DNA of 64,000 nucleotides. Source: Nitrosopumilaceae archaeon. Its GTDB lineage: Archaea; Thermoproteota; Nitrososphaeria; Nitrososphaerales; Nitrosopumilaceae. Position 1 is the stretch's first letter. Each line of letters opens with the position of its first letter. The position numbers and the translations under genes were made by a program. Location: the NCBI GenBank assembly GCA_965207375.1, contig OZ242274.1:1856001-1920000 (forward strand), in the 5' to 3' direction. Shown here piece after piece: positions 9,805 to 21,197 of this stretch. The notes beneath the pieces are model-generated. The model was given only the letters and a program-made list of their open reading frames with translations. It was not told the DNA's origin and did not search any database.

Positions 9805-9972
9805 GTTGTAAACTAGGTTTGTACCACTATATTAGACATTATGTATAGTTAAATTTTGAAGTGAGAATGTTTAATTTTTAATTCAAAATTTGATTGTGCA
9901 CAATATCTAAAAAATGTAATAAATATTATATCTAAAATTTAAGTTGAGATATTGTATATTAGACAATATGTT

Positions 9973-10911
9973 TTATTTTAATTTGAGTTTTGCAATTAAT
10001 GCAGCATAAATAAATGGCAAAATGGTGGTAATTTCTGCATGGATGGTGGTCTGTTTGGCCTTTGTGGTCACTTTTCCCCATGAAATTGCTTCTCGTACGA
10101 GTGCACCGCTAAGACTTCCGTCAAATTCTTGTGCAGTGGTAAGATAAACAGCATAGTCTAGTCCTTCCCTATACTGATTCCACCACAATGTGTGATGTTT
10201 TGATATTCCTCCTCCCAGCATCAGTGCACCGGATTTTTCGGCTTTGAAAATATATTCTGACAGCAGGTTTGCATCAGAAAGCAAATCAAGTTTAAAATCT
10301 GCATGTTTTTGTGAAAACATCCAGATTTGACTTCCAACTGCGCCATCCATTATGCCTGGAACTATTACAGATATGTCATTTTTGTATGCCCAATACAAAA
10401 ATGAATCCTCTCCTAGATTCTTTCCTATCATTTTTGTAATATCGGCAGTAGACATTTGCCTTACACCGTTTTTATATTCCTCCTCCAAAAAGAACTGGAT
10501 TTTTTCTTCAATTAATGGTCCGTAGCTTTCTATAGGAACCAAAACAGATCCCAATCTATGAATGTCCTGATCAGCCAATTTTGCATCATCCATAGTAAAT
10601 GATCCTTCCAGATAATTTGAAAAATGTCTAGCTATGTCATGATCTAATGCGCCGCACGTGGTAATTGCAATATCGAACCATTTTTGTCTCATCATATCTT
10701 TTATGATTCCTCTCAATCCAGTAGATACTAGTGCGCCTACAAAGGATACAAATCTTAAACATTGTTTATCTGATATCATATCTACAAGAATTTCAAAACC
10801 TGCTGCCAAATTTGTAGATTCAAATCCACCCGATTGTGATAGCTCTTCAAAAATTTTCTCAATTTTTGTTTCATTTGAAATTTCAATATCTTTTACAGGT
10901 CTTTGTGCCAT
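9973..10911 (-). CDS. dys: Deoxyhypusine synthase
   Basis: STGLRG, GGGISKHH, DGSLSGA, EAISWGK. Confidence 0.95.
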   Translation of the reverse strand: MAQRPVKDIEISNETKIEKIFEELSQSGGFESTNLAAGFEILVDMISDKQCLRFVSFVGALVSTGLRGIIKDMMRQKWFDIAITTCGALDHDIARHFSNYLEGSFTMDDAKLADQDIHRLGSVLVPIESYGPLIEEKIQFFLEEEYKNGVRQMSTADITKMIGKNLGEDSFLYWAYKNDISVIVPGIMDGAVGSQIWMFSQKHADFKLDLLSDANLLSEYIFKAEKSGALMLGGGISKHHTLWWNQYREGLDYAVYLTTAQEFDGSLSGALVREAISWGKVTTKAKQTTIHAEITTILPFIYAALIAKLKLK

Positions 10912-10988
10912 AAAATCAAATGCATAGCGCTCTATAAAATTCTACCAGATTTGATTTCAGCAAGCTTTAAACCCTTATTGGTCCACTT

Positions 10989-12092
10989 TTGGACATGACA
11001 GACAAAATTAAGGTTGGTTTAGTAGGAATAGGAAACTGCTTTTCAGGTCTGATACAGGGTATTGAATATTATAGAAAAAATCCACAACAGCAAGTTATCG
11101 GCATCATTCATGATAAATTAAGAGATTATGGAATTCACGACATTGATTTTGTGTGCGGATTCGATGTAGGAGAAAATAAAGTTGGCAAAACAATCAACGA
11201 GGCCATATATCAATACCCCAACATGGTAAATTGGATTCCACAAGAGGATATGCCAAAAACCAATGCCCTAGTCTACGAGGGACCTGCCCTAGATGGCGTA
11301 GGTCTTTGGGTAGAAAATCGTGTAAAACCAATTCAAAGTAAAAAAACAGACCAACAGTTAGCAGAAGAGATTAAAAAAATAATCAAAGAAACCGGAACCC
11401 AAATTCTTGTTTCTTATTTGCCTGTGGGTTCAGACAAGGCAACAGAGTTCTGGGCCCAGATTTGTCTTGACACAAATACTGCGTTTGTAAATTGTATTCC
11501 ATCATTTATTGCATCAGATGAGAAATGGGCCAAGAAATTTGAGGAGAAAAACATCCCATGTATTGGGGACGACATAAAGGGTCAGGTAGGTGCAACCATT
11601 GTACACAGAACTTTGGCAAAATTATGTAACGACCGTGGTACAAAAATCGAAAAGACATATCAAATCAATGTTGGCGGAAATACCGACTTTTTGAATATGA
11701 AAGAACAGGACAGACTAGTCAGCAAAAAGATTTCCAAAACTGAGAGCGTTCAAAGTCAATTAGATGAAAGGTTAGATGACGATCAAATCTATGTCGGGCC
11801 TTCTGACTTTATTCCATTTTTGGGAAATACAAAACTAATGTTTATGAGAATTGAGGGGAGACAGTGGGCAAATATCCCATACAATATGGAAGTCAGATTA
11901 GATGTAGATGACAAGGCAAATTCTGCAGGAATTGTCATAGATGCGATACGACTTGCAAAAATCGCACTAGATAGAAAGATCGGAGGTCCAATAAAACCGG
12001 CTAGCGCATATCTGATGAAACATCCCATAGAACAGACATCTGATGTTGCAGCAAAGGTTGCATGTGAGAGTTTTGTGGAAGGTACAAATTAA
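10989..12092 (+). CDS. ino1: Myo-inositol-1-phosphate synthase
   Basis: GIGNC, YLPVGS, GDDIKGQVGAT, GGNTDFLNM, SAYLMKHP. Confidence 0.95.
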   Translation: MDMTDKIKVGLVGIGNCFSGLIQGIEYYRKNPQQQVIGIIHDKLRDYGIHDIDFVCGFDVGENKVGKTINEAIYQYPNMVNWIPQEDMPKTNALVYEGPALDGVGLWVENRVKPIQSKKTDQQLAEEIKKIIKETGTQILVSYLPVGSDKATEFWAQICLDTNTAFVNCIPSFIASDEKWAKKFEEKNIPCIGDDIKGQVGATIVHRTLAKLCNDRGTKIEKTYQINVGGNTDFLNMKEQDRLVSKKISKTESVQSQLDERLDDDQIYVGPSDFIPFLGNTKLMFMRIEGRQWANIPYNMEVRLDVDDKANSAGIVIDAIRLAKIALDRKIGGPIKPASAYLMKHPIEQTSDVAAKVACESFVEGTN

Positions 12093-12361
12093 AATTGCTG
12101 CAACTATATACGTTGTTTTGAAATTATAGGGATTTTGGGCACAAATTTTTGACATCTCTAAAAATCTAGGCATTATGCAATTACTGCCACGGTAAACTCG
12201 GTTGGAACTCTACAACCCTAGAATGTCCAAAAATATAGAGTACACAGAACATCTAGGCACAGAATATAACGAAAAAAATACTAGCGTTACAATAATTATC
12301 ATACTAGTCAACTAAACTTGTTCATAATCAATTATCAAACTAGACTGTAAAGTCTTTACTA

Positions 12362-15300
12362 TTGGTTCACGTAAAAAAGGTTGAAATTTTTGGCTTCAAG
12401 TCATTTGGTTTCAAAAACACCACAGTACAATTCGAGCCTGGCCTGATGTCAATATCGGGGCCTAACGGATCAGGAAAGAGCAACATCTTAGATGCCATAA
12501 TTTTTGCAATGGGTGAAAACAGACCAAAGGTGATGAGAGTTGATAAACTTCGTTCTTTGTTACACGACATTGAGGGACAAAGGCGCGGCTCAAAAATGGC
12601 AAGAGTCAATGTAACATTTGATAACTCTGATCGCAAAATTCCAGTTGATGCAGATACTGTAGATATTACAAGGGAGATGGACGATAAGGGGGAAAATAAC
12701 TATTATCTAAACAAAAAACACATCAACAGAACTCACATTCTAGAACTGCTCGATGTTGCAAATGCGGGTTTAAACCAACTAAATGCAGTGCAACAGGGAA
12801 CCGTAACCAAAATATCTGAATTCTCATCTGAAGAAAAACGACAAACAATTGAAGATTTAATCGGTCTATCATATTTTGATGAAAAAAAAGACGAATCAGA
12901 AAAGCAGTTAGATGAGGCAGATAGAAGATTAGAAATTGCTCTTGCCAAGATGGGAGAAATTAAAGGACGAATTGACGAGTTAGAGGAAGAACGGAATCAA
13001 AAATTGCGTTATGACATGTTAGAGCGCGAAATTAACAAATTCAATGCAATATCTGCAGCTAACAAACTCAAAATTGTCAAATCCGCAAAGTCATCCAAAC
13101 AAGAAGAGTTTGATGCAGTTACCTCAGATAGCACTCAGATTCATCAAGAACATGACGCTATTCGAGACGAAATTAAAAGTCTCGAGGCCGAAAAATCAAA
13201 ATTCATGGACGAGGTAGATGCTTACAACAGGGTAAAAACAGAAATCGATTCGGAATTAAGTGACCAAAGGCGCAGGTATGAAGAAATTAACAGTGTTACT
13301 GTGGCCGCACAAAAAAGAATATCTCAAATACAAAAGCGAATACCTGACATTGAAGACTCTATTCGACAGTTACATGACAAGCGCGGACAAACAGAATCCA
13401 AAGTCACAGAAATTAAAAACCACATTGAAGATATTAAAACATCTCGTGAAAAAATTAATCGCCAGCTTGAGGATTTAGATGGTCAGAGAGCTGCCGTCTT
13501 GACACAACAGTCTGAAATTGCAAAAAACAAATCAGAGATCGACGGTAAAATTCAAACACTTACAGACAAGCTAAATGCAAGCAAGTTGGCCTCCTCCAAG
13601 ATTGAATCACAAAAGGATCAAATCGATAAAAAAATTGCGTTGACCATATCATCCCAATCACGATACAAGGAACAGTCTACAGAGGTCTCAGAATTGCTTT
13701 TAAAATATCAACGCAGGATGCAAAATCACACCAATTCCATAAATGAAATCAAGTCTCAGCTGTCAGCTCTGAATTCAAAACATGAAAAAATTGTAAGCGA
13801 GATTGAAGATATCACACAAGTCTTGGAAAAATCTAGCAATGCAACAGCACAGTATGAGGCCAAAATTAAAGTAGTCAAAGGCATAATGCATGAGGACTAT
13901 ACAATTGCAAAATTGCAAGAGTACGGCGATAAATTAGGATTAGGATTAGTTTATCAAAAAATCTCCTGGAATAAACAGTATGAAAGAGCAGTATTGGCAG
14001 CAGGTGCAGACTGGATTAAGGCATTTGTCGTGCAAGACTTTGCAACCCTGCTTTCCCTTGCAGAGATTGCACGCGATAAAAAGCTGCCCAAACTCAAAAT
14101 TATCCCAATGGAGGCCATACCTGATTTTAAAATGTCGGTTCCAAATGACAAAGGAGTAATTGGAATTTTATCCAACTGTGTCAAATCCACGCCCGAATAT
14201 GCAAAATTAAAGACATTTTTGTTTGGAAATATCATTTTGGTAGACTCTAAAGAAACAGCATACAGGATATCAAAGGTAGGATACAGGGCAGTGACAGTTG
14301 AGGGTGAGATGTTTGAAGCCAAGGCAAGTGCAGTTACAATTGACATTAATTCCAAAATATCAAAGCTGACCAAGATCATCACAATGAGCTCATCAGTAGA
14401 GGGACTGATTCAATCAATTAATTTGCTCAAAAAATACATATCTAAAAAGAAGCATGACAAGACAAAGATTGAAAACTCTATCTCAGCAACACGGGACCGA
14501 GAGAATCTGTCCAAACAAGAGCTTGTAAAAACCAAGCAAAGCCATTCTGATTGGCAGCTTAGAAGTTCAGAAATTGTAGAAAAACGTGCGACATTTGAGA
14601 GTAGACTGCTTGAATACGCTAAACAAAAAGATATTCTAAAAGCCAACGCCATAAAAGAAAAATCCCACAGCGATTCACTTGAGCAAAGAATCCGCATGGT
14701 TAAGGAAAACTATGCCGATGGAGAACAATCTAGAATTGCAAATGAGTTGTCTAGACTAAATGAAAAAAAATCAGAACAAGAGAAAAAACGTACAGAGGTT
14801 CTTGCAGCGCTGTCCCAATATTCTACAGAGCTAGCAACAATAAACGCAAGTGAGACAAAAACAGAAACGCAAATTTCCAATTTCAACGAGGAAATAGCCG
14901 CCTTAAAGCAAGAGCAAACAGAACTAGAGGCCAAAATTCAAAATTCTGCTCAAGAAAAAGAAAGACGCAATGCAGAATTGGTAAAGCTTCGAGACAAAGA
15001 ACAGGAACTTATTGCAACATCGGGCACATCTGTGACAAAGCTCAAAGAATACGATGACAGACTGTACGAGCTAAACGGTCAGGACAAAGCTTTGACTAAA
15101 AAAATCAACAGTCTAGAACGGCAATCAGACTCGCTGTCTCGAGATTTGGAGGAATTGACTAGGCGGCAAACTCAGCTATTGCAGATTCTTGACTCGTTTG
15201 GCTTTGATGAAAATATAGACACATTTGATGTAGAGTCCATAATTGATGGATTAGAGTCAGAAAGACGCACTCTTACAGAAGTAAATGCCAAGGCCCCTGA

Positions 15301-15880
15301 AAAATATCTTGAGGTATCTACAGGATATCGCTCAATGTCTACAAGAAAGAATTCACTAGAACAAGAGCGCAACTCTATTGTCAAATTCATAGAAGATATT
15401 GAAAAGGACAAGCGACAGACATTCCTTGATGCATTTGACAAGGTAGACAAGGAAATTCGACTAGTCTTTACCAAGATGACCGGCGGTAACGCATGGTTAG
15501 AACTACAAAATGAAGACGACATATTTGCTGCAGGAATTTCCTATGTGATTCAATTCCCAAACAAACAAAAACGTGAATCTACATCAATTAGTGGAGGAGA
15601 AAAAACCCTAGCAGCAATTGTATTTGTGCTAGCACTCCAAAAACTAAAGCCTTCACCGTTTTATCTATTTGATGAAGTCGATGCGCATCTAGATGCACCA
15701 AACTCAAAACACCTGTCAAAAATTCTTGAAGAACGCGCAAAAGAAAGCCAGTTTATCATGGTGTCCCTCAAAGATTCGGTAGTGCAAAAGGCCAAACTGA
15801 TCTATGGAGTGTTTCCAAAAAACGGAGTCTCGCACGTTGTTGCATACAAAGATAGACGCATGCCTAAAATGACTAGCTAG
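12362..15880 (+). CDS. smc: Chromosome segregation protein SMC
   Basis: GPNGSGKSN Walker A, long coiled coils, hinge region, SGGEK signature, FDEVDAHLD. Confidence 0.96.
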   Translation: MVHVKKVEIFGFKSFGFKNTTVQFEPGLMSISGPNGSGKSNILDAIIFAMGENRPKVMRVDKLRSLLHDIEGQRRGSKMARVNVTFDNSDRKIPVDADTVDITREMDDKGENNYYLNKKHINRTHILELLDVANAGLNQLNAVQQGTVTKISEFSSEEKRQTIEDLIGLSYFDEKKDESEKQLDEADRRLEIALAKMGEIKGRIDELEEERNQKLRYDMLEREINKFNAISAANKLKIVKSAKSSKQEEFDAVTSDSTQIHQEHDAIRDEIKSLEAEKSKFMDEVDAYNRVKTEIDSELSDQRRRYEEINSVTVAAQKRISQIQKRIPDIEDSIRQLHDKRGQTESKVTEIKNHIEDIKTSREKINRQLEDLDGQRAAVLTQQSEIAKNKSEIDGKIQTLTDKLNASKLASSKIESQKDQIDKKIALTISSQSRYKEQSTEVSELLLKYQRRMQNHTNSINEIKSQLSALNSKHEKIVSEIEDITQVLEKSSNATAQYEAKIKVVKGIMHEDYTIAKLQEYGDKLGLGLVYQKISWNKQYERAVLAAGADWIKAFVVQDFATLLSLAEIARDKKLPKLKIIPMEAIPDFKMSVPNDKGVIGILSNCVKSTPEYAKLKTFLFGNIILVDSKETAYRISKVGYRAVTVEGEMFEAKASAVTIDINSKISKLTKIITMSSSVEGLIQSINLLKKYISKKKHDKTKIENSISATRDRENLSKQELVKTKQSHSDWQLRSSEIVEKRATFESRLLEYAKQKDILKANAIKEKSHSDSLEQRIRMVKENYADGEQSRIANELSRLNEKKSEQEKKRTEVLAALSQYSTELATINASETKTETQISNFNEEIAALKQEQTELEAKIQNSAQEKERRNAELVKLRDKEQELIATSGTSVTKLKEYDDRLYELNGQDKALTKKINSLERQSDSLSRDLEELTRRQTQLLQILDSFGFDENIDTFDVESIIDGLESERRTLTEVNAKAPEKYLEVSTGYRSMSTRKNSLEQERNSIVKFIEDIEKDKRQTFLDAFDKVDKEIRLVFTKMTGGNAWLELQNEDDIFAAGISYVIQFPNKQKRESTSISGGEKTLAAIVFVLALQKLKPSPFYLFDEVDAHLDAPNSKHLSKILEERAKESQFIMVSLKDSVVQKAKLIYGVFPKNGVSHVVAYKDRRMPKMTS

Positions 15881-16835
15881 AAATATCTACAAAACATGCA
15901 ACAGAACGGTCTTTTAATTTTTCCAGATTCGGTTCAGTACTGCACTTTTCAATGGCATACGGACATCTTGGCCTGAATCTGCACCCATCATGTGCAGTTT
16001 CCAAAGTATCGCAGATTCTGATCTGTTTTTGTTTAAACCGGTTATCAGGGTCAGGTTCAGATAACGCATCAATTAGTGCCTGCGTATAGGGATGTTTTGG
16101 ACTCAGCAATACCTTGTCAATTGCACCCATCTCAATTATTTTGCCCAAATACAGTATTGCAATCGTATCTCCAAAGAATCTAGCAGTGGCCAAATCATGT
16201 GTTATGTATACAAAGGTAATGTTATGTTTTTGCCGAAGATCCCTCATCAATTCCAAAATCTCTGCTCGAATTGAGACATCAAGCATGGATACGGGTTCGT
16301 CGGCGATAATTACTTTGGGCTTTAGTGCTAGTGCCCTTGCTAGCACCACCCTCTGTCTTTGTCCCCCAGATAACATGTGCGGATATTTTAAAGTGATTTC
16401 CTGGACAGGTTCTAATTTTACCTCCTTTAATACGTCTAACACACGTTTCTTGCATTGCTGCTTGTTTCCAAAATTATGAATTTGTAATGGTTCTAAAATT
16501 ATATCTTCAACCTTCATTCTAGGATTAATCGAATCATACGGATCCTGCTGGATCATTTGGCACTGTAATCTTATTTTTTCAAGGCTTTTTGTATTGTGTT
16601 TAATCTCTTCTCCTTCAAAGATGATCTTTCCCGAATCCTGTTCCATTGATTTTAAAATTAATTTTGCAATAGTTGATTTGCCGGAACCAGATTCACCTGC
16701 AATTACAAATACTTCCCCTTTTTTCACATAAAAGGAGACATCGTCGCTTGCCCTTACAACGGATTCTTTTTTTCCAAAAATTGATTTCTTTATAAAATAC
16801 TTTGTAAGATTTTGTATTTCCAAAATTTTATCCAT
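15873..16835 (-). CDS. Oligopeptide/dipeptide ABC transporter ATP-binding protein
   Basis: GESGSGKS, LSGGQRQR, DEP, HPYT and C-terminal CRFRPRCP; start placed at MDKIL. Confidence 0.93.
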   Translation of the reverse strand: MDKILEIQNLTKYFIKKSIFGKKESVVRASDDVSFYVKKGEVFVIAGESGSGKSTIAKLILKSMEQDSGKIIFEGEEIKHNTKSLEKIRLQCQMIQQDPYDSINPRMKVEDIILEPLQIHNFGNKQQCKKRVLDVLKEVKLEPVQEITLKYPHMLSGGQRQRVVLARALALKPKVIIADEPVSMLDVSIRAEILELMRDLRQKHNITFVYITHDLATARFFGDTIAILYLGKIIEMGAIDKVLLSPKHPYTQALIDALSEPDPDNRFKQKQIRICDTLETAHDGCRFRPRCPYAIEKCSTEPNLEKLKDRSVACFVDISS

Positions 16836-16920
16836 GACACACGGATCAAGTGCCCGTATATCAACAAAGTGAAAATGTACCATAAAGCATTTATGTTAAA
16901 AAAATAGACTGCAAAAATAC

Positions 16921-17949
16921 TTGACAACCAAATTACAAGCACCTCATCATGAAAAGCATGTTATCAGTGACAGATTATGCTACTACAAGCACAAAACAGG
17001 ACATATGCAAAAGACATTTGCGCACGAGATATCTCACAGTTTGCAGCAAGATTGCAAATACATATCTCCCAAATTCTTTTACAATCAAAGGGGCTCAGAA
17101 TTATTTGAGCAAATTTGTAATCTTCCCGAATATTACCTGACAAGAACCGAAATCAGTATTCTGTCGAGTATAAAACAGGAATTGCAGTCATTTTTGGGAG
17201 GCAAGTTTCGCCTAGTTGAGCTAGGCAGCGGGGCATCAATTAAAACAAGACACCTTTTAGATGTGTTAAAAAGGCGCCAGTCTTTTATTGAATATGTACC
17301 AATCGATGTTTCAGAGTTTTTAGAGGAGAGTACCTCAAGTCTGCTTGAAGATTATCCCAATTTGAGCATAGTTGGAATAATGGACACATATGAAAACGGT
17401 CTAGAGTTTATAGGCAATTATGACGACTTTAATAATTTAATTGCATTTTTTGGTTCTAGCTTTGGCAATTTTCCACTCAAGGAAGGCAAAATATTTCTCA
17501 AAGCCATCTGGAATTCGATGAAAGGTGACGACCTGTTTTTAATCGGATTGGATCTGATAAAGGATAAAACGATTTTGAAAAAGGCATATGATGACTCTCA
17601 AGGCATAACTGCACAGTTTAATCTAAACGTACTAGATAGAATAAACGATGAGCTTGGGGCAGATTTTGATTTGAGTTGCTTTTCACACCATTGCACATAT
17701 AATCAAAAAGAGCAACGCGTTGAGATGTATCTACAGTCTCTGAAAAATCAAAATATCAGTATTCCAAAGGCCAATCTTTTGCTGTCTTTGAAAGAAGATG
17801 AGCTTGTACATACCGAAAATTCCCACAAATTTTCCATTCCTAAAATCTATTCGCTGATGGAAGGAGAGGGATTTAATGTGTTAAAAGTATGGCAGGATTC
17901 TGAAAAGAAATTTGCTGTGATTCTGCTGTCTAAAAATCATAGGTTTTGA
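16921..17949 (+). CDS. egtD: L-histidine N-alpha-trimethyltransferase
   Basis: PKFFY, LPEYYLTRTE, ELGSG, AYDD, TENSHKF. Confidence 0.93.
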   Translation: MTTKLQAPHHEKHVISDRLCYYKHKTGHMQKTFAHEISHSLQQDCKYISPKFFYNQRGSELFEQICNLPEYYLTRTEISILSSIKQELQSFLGGKFRLVELGSGASIKTRHLLDVLKRRQSFIEYVPIDVSEFLEESTSSLLEDYPNLSIVGIMDTYENGLEFIGNYDDFNNLIAFFGSSFGNFPLKEGKIFLKAIWNSMKGDDLFLIGLDLIKDKTILKKAYDDSQGITAQFNLNVLDRINDELGADFDLSCFSHHCTYNQKEQRVEMYLQSLKNQNISIPKANLLLSLKEDELVHTENSHKFSIPKIYSLMEGEGFNVLKVWQDSEKKFAVILLSKNHRF

Positions 17950-19244
17950 GCGCATCTAAAGCCTGAAAACATCCATCTTTCAGACAATCTGAAAAAATTC
18001 CTATAACTGTTTCTTATTGATGCTGTAGGAGTTGCAAATGAACCGCCCCTTAGCACCTTTTGGTTTGTAAACCATTTGTCATTGTATTCGTCAAATCCAG
18101 ATTTAAAGCCAGGATATCCTACAAACTCAGAAGATGTCCATTCCCAGACATCTCCGATCATTTGATAACATCCATAATGACTTTGACCGTCTTTATAGCT
18201 TCCAATTTCTGCATTTTTCCAAAGATGGGATTCTAACAGATTGCATCGGTGTGTAGTAGGCATGTCATTTCCCCACGGATATGTTGTTTTGATCTGTTTT
18301 GTTGGATTCCATGATGCAGCCTTTTCCCATTCTGCCTCGGTTGGGAGCCTTTTGCCTGCCCATTTACAATAGGCATCTGCCTCATAATAGCTCACATGAA
18401 CTACAGGTTCGCTTGGATTTATCTTTCGTATGCCATCAAAATCTCGAGTATACCAGATATTGTCCCTTTTCTCCCAATACATTGGCGCCTCCCAATTGTT
18501 TTGTTTTGCAGTCTCAAAGCCGTCAGACAGCCAATATTTATAGTCCTGATATCCTCCCGCATCAATAAATTCTAAAAATTCTTTGTTGGATACGGGAAAT
18601 TTGCTTATTTGGTAATTGTCTAGATAGACTTTGTGTTCTGGTAGTTCAATATCGTAGCAAAATTCTTTTCCTGCATATCCCATTTGATAAATTCCGCCGT
18701 CAATTGGAATCATTGTATTTTGTGTCTGAGGCATTTTCTTTGGTTGGTTTTTTTCAACAGGCACATACTGTTCTGCCAAAATATGCTGTAGATCATATAC
18801 AAGTAATTCCTGGTGCTGGCATTCGTGGTGAAACCCCATTACAAACAGATTTTTGCCCTTCTCATCTATTGTGTTTTTTTCAAGAAAATTTGTGACTCGC
18901 AGATTTATTATATCATAATACTGAAATATTTGATCTAAGGTAGGTCGTGAAATTATGCCTCTTTTGCCCTTATCATGTGGTTCTCCAAACTGATTATAGT
19001 AAGAGTTGAGGTATTCTGAAAATTCTTTTGAATAAAACTCATAATCGGGATTAATTTTGCTTAAAATTACCTCATATAGCCAGCTGACGTGGCCAATGTG
19101 CCATTTTGGTGGACTAGTATAAAATGCAGTTTGAACAACAAAATCATCTTTTTCTAATGTCTTGACAAGTTTCATCGTCATGTCTCTAGTAGCACAAAAT
19201 TGCTGCAACAGTGAGGGGCCGATATCTTGAGAGATGGTTGCCAT
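17937..19244 (-). CDS. egtB: Ergothioneine sulfoxide synthase
   Basis: SPPKWHIGH, NSYY, HECQHQE DinB-like metal site plus FGE-sulfatase domain; convergent with egtD. Confidence 0.92.
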   Translation of the reverse strand: MATISQDIGPSLLQQFCATRDMTMKLVKTLEKDDFVVQTAFYTSPPKWHIGHVSWLYEVILSKINPDYEFYSKEFSEYLNSYYNQFGEPHDKGKRGIISRPTLDQIFQYYDIINLRVTNFLEKNTIDEKGKNLFVMGFHHECQHQELLVYDLQHILAEQYVPVEKNQPKKMPQTQNTMIPIDGGIYQMGYAGKEFCYDIELPEHKVYLDNYQISKFPVSNKEFLEFIDAGGYQDYKYWLSDGFETAKQNNWEAPMYWEKRDNIWYTRDFDGIRKINPSEPVVHVSYYEADAYCKWAGKRLPTEAEWEKAASWNPTKQIKTTYPWGNDMPTTHRCNLLESHLWKNAEIGSYKDGQSHYGCYQMIGDVWEWTSSEFVGYPGFKSGFDEYNDKWFTNQKVLRGGSFATPTASIRNSYRNFFRLSERWMFSGFRCAQNL

Positions 19245-19279
19245 GGCGGGTTTTGAATTCTTGCTATTTTTATGTCTGT

Positions 19280-20722
19280 CTAGTATCCACGCGCAAATAA
19301 CGGGACCGACCTGCTCTGTTTGTTGCAATATATGCACCTGCCATCAGAGTTTTCACTGCCAAATGGTATCACTCTGATTTCGCCGCCTGTTTCTTCTTTG
19401 ATTTTATCCTCACATAATTTATCTTCACACCAATGTGCCTTTAGGAATCCGCCGGTTTCAATGCATTTTTTGAATTCATCATACGTTGAGACTGCAATAG
19501 TTTTCTCAGCAAGCATTGCAGTTGCCTTCTTTAGCATTGATTTTTGGATGATTTGCAGTGTGTCTTGTGTTTTGCTTGTAATTTCAGGCAATGCCACGCT
19601 GATTTTTTCTTTATTGTGTCTTGTAGCCAAAATTGCTGCATTGTTTGCAATATCTTTGGGGCCGATTTCTATTCGGATCGGAATTCCCTTCAATTCCCAG
19701 TCATTGAATTTATAGCCAGGAGTAAGCTCTGCTCGTTTGTCTATTTTTACGCGTATATTTTTCTCTTGAAGCTGACTTTTGATTTCCTCTGCCTTTTGGT
19801 ACACTACTGTCTGATCTTTTTCTTTAAAAATTGGAACAATTACTACCTGGATTGGTGCCACTTTTGGGGGCAGTACAAGCCCGGTATCATCACCATGTAT
19901 CATAATCATTGCCCCAATCAGTCTCCAAGATACACCCCAGGAGGTCTGCCATGCAAAGTGTTCTATATTGTCTTTATCTGCAAACTTTACTTCAAACGGC
20001 TTTGAGAAATTTTGGCCAAGAAAATGTGAGGTTCCCATTTGCAGTGCCTTGCCGTCTGGCATTATTGACTCCATAGTTGTAGTATAAATTGCTCCTACAA
20101 ATTTTTCCTTTTCACTTTTTCTGCCTGCGACTACTGGAATTGCTAGTTCGTCTTGTATGGTATTTTTGTAAATTTCCAAAATTTCAGCAACCTCTTGTTC
20201 TGCTTGCAGTTGTGTTGTATGTACGGTATGTCCTTCCTGCCAAAGAAATTCAGACGTTCTAAGAAACGGCTTTGTAGCTTTTATTTCTGCCCGAAGTGCA
20301 GTATTCCAAAAATTAATTTTTAATGGCAAGTCTCTCCAGCTTTGTATCCATTTTGAATACATTGAATATGCCAGTGTCTCAGATGTTGGACGTAGTGCCA
20401 GTCTGTCCCCTATCTCGTTTGTTCCAGAGTGAGTCACCCAAAATACTTCAGGATCAAATCCCGAAAAATGCTTTTCTTCTTTTTTTAATAGTGATTCTGG
20501 AATTAATATTGGCAAAAAACCATTTCTGATTTCTCTTTTAGAAAATTGTGCATCTAGTGTCTCCTTTAACGACTCCCAGACAGAATAACCATCAGGTCTT
20601 AAAACTATGAGGCCTTTTACCGGTGCATAGTCGGCAAGTTTTGCCTTGATTACTACCTGCGTGTACCATTCACTAAAATCCTGCTCCTTTGTAACTGAAA
20701 TTCCTACCTCTTCTTTACTCAA
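19280..20722 (-). CDS. proS: Proline--tRNA ligase (archaeal type)
   Basis: RPTSET, EFLWQEGHT, SHFLGQNFS, TSWGVSWR. Confidence 0.97.
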   Translation of the reverse strand: MSKEEVGISVTKEQDFSEWYTQVVIKAKLADYAPVKGLIVLRPDGYSVWESLKETLDAQFSKREIRNGFLPILIPESLLKKEEKHFSGFDPEVFWVTHSGTNEIGDRLALRPTSETLAYSMYSKWIQSWRDLPLKINFWNTALRAEIKATKPFLRTSEFLWQEGHTVHTTQLQAEQEVAEILEIYKNTIQDELAIPVVAGRKSEKEKFVGAIYTTTMESIMPDGKALQMGTSHFLGQNFSKPFEVKFADKDNIEHFAWQTSWGVSWRLIGAMIMIHGDDTGLVLPPKVAPIQVVIVPIFKEKDQTVVYQKAEEIKSQLQEKNIRVKIDKRAELTPGYKFNDWELKGIPIRIEIGPKDIANNAAILATRHNKEKISVALPEITSKTQDTLQIIQKSMLKKATAMLAEKTIAVSTYDEFKKCIETGGFLKAHWCEDKLCEDKIKEETGGEIRVIPFGSENSDGRCIYCNKQSRSVPLFARGY

Positions 20723-20799
20723 TTATGACGTCTTTTCAAAATTCATTAATGAGTTTTTCGTGCTTAATCTTTGACATGAATTTGAGAAGGTTATAGTAT

Positions 20800-21090
20800 C
20801 TAGTCTAACGGATCGCCCTTACAAAGAACTTGGCCCATTACTCTGCTCTGAAAGTTGGGACATACAAAACATTTGATAAAATGTGTATCCTCTTTGAGAA
20901 TCGGGCATTGTACATATTCTTGCTTCATGCGCTTGAGCATCTTTGGGCTTACTCCTTTGAGTTTGAGTTTGCCTTTATCGTCCATCATTCCGGACTCTTT
21001 TAGCTCAGCCTTTGTATCTTCTGGTATCTTTTGGCGTTTTTCGGTAGTTTCAATATCTACTTCAAACTTGTGTTCTAATTCATCAGACAT
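20800..21090 (-). CDS. Hypothetical protein with C-terminal four-Cys motif
   Basis: CP...CFVCPNF...C pattern. Confidence 0.75.
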   Translation of the reverse strand: MSDELEHKFEVDIETTEKRQKIPEDTKAELKESGMMDDKGKLKLKGVSPKMLKRMKQEYVQCPILKEDTHFIKCFVCPNFQSRVMGQVLCKGDPLD

Positions 21091-21197
21091 ACATGAACCA
21101 ATAATATGAAGGATTTATTGCTAGCGATCTGATTTGGGCGTTTTCTTTAGATTCTGTAGGGTTTGGCACAGCAGCAGTAGGTAACAATTTATACAAT

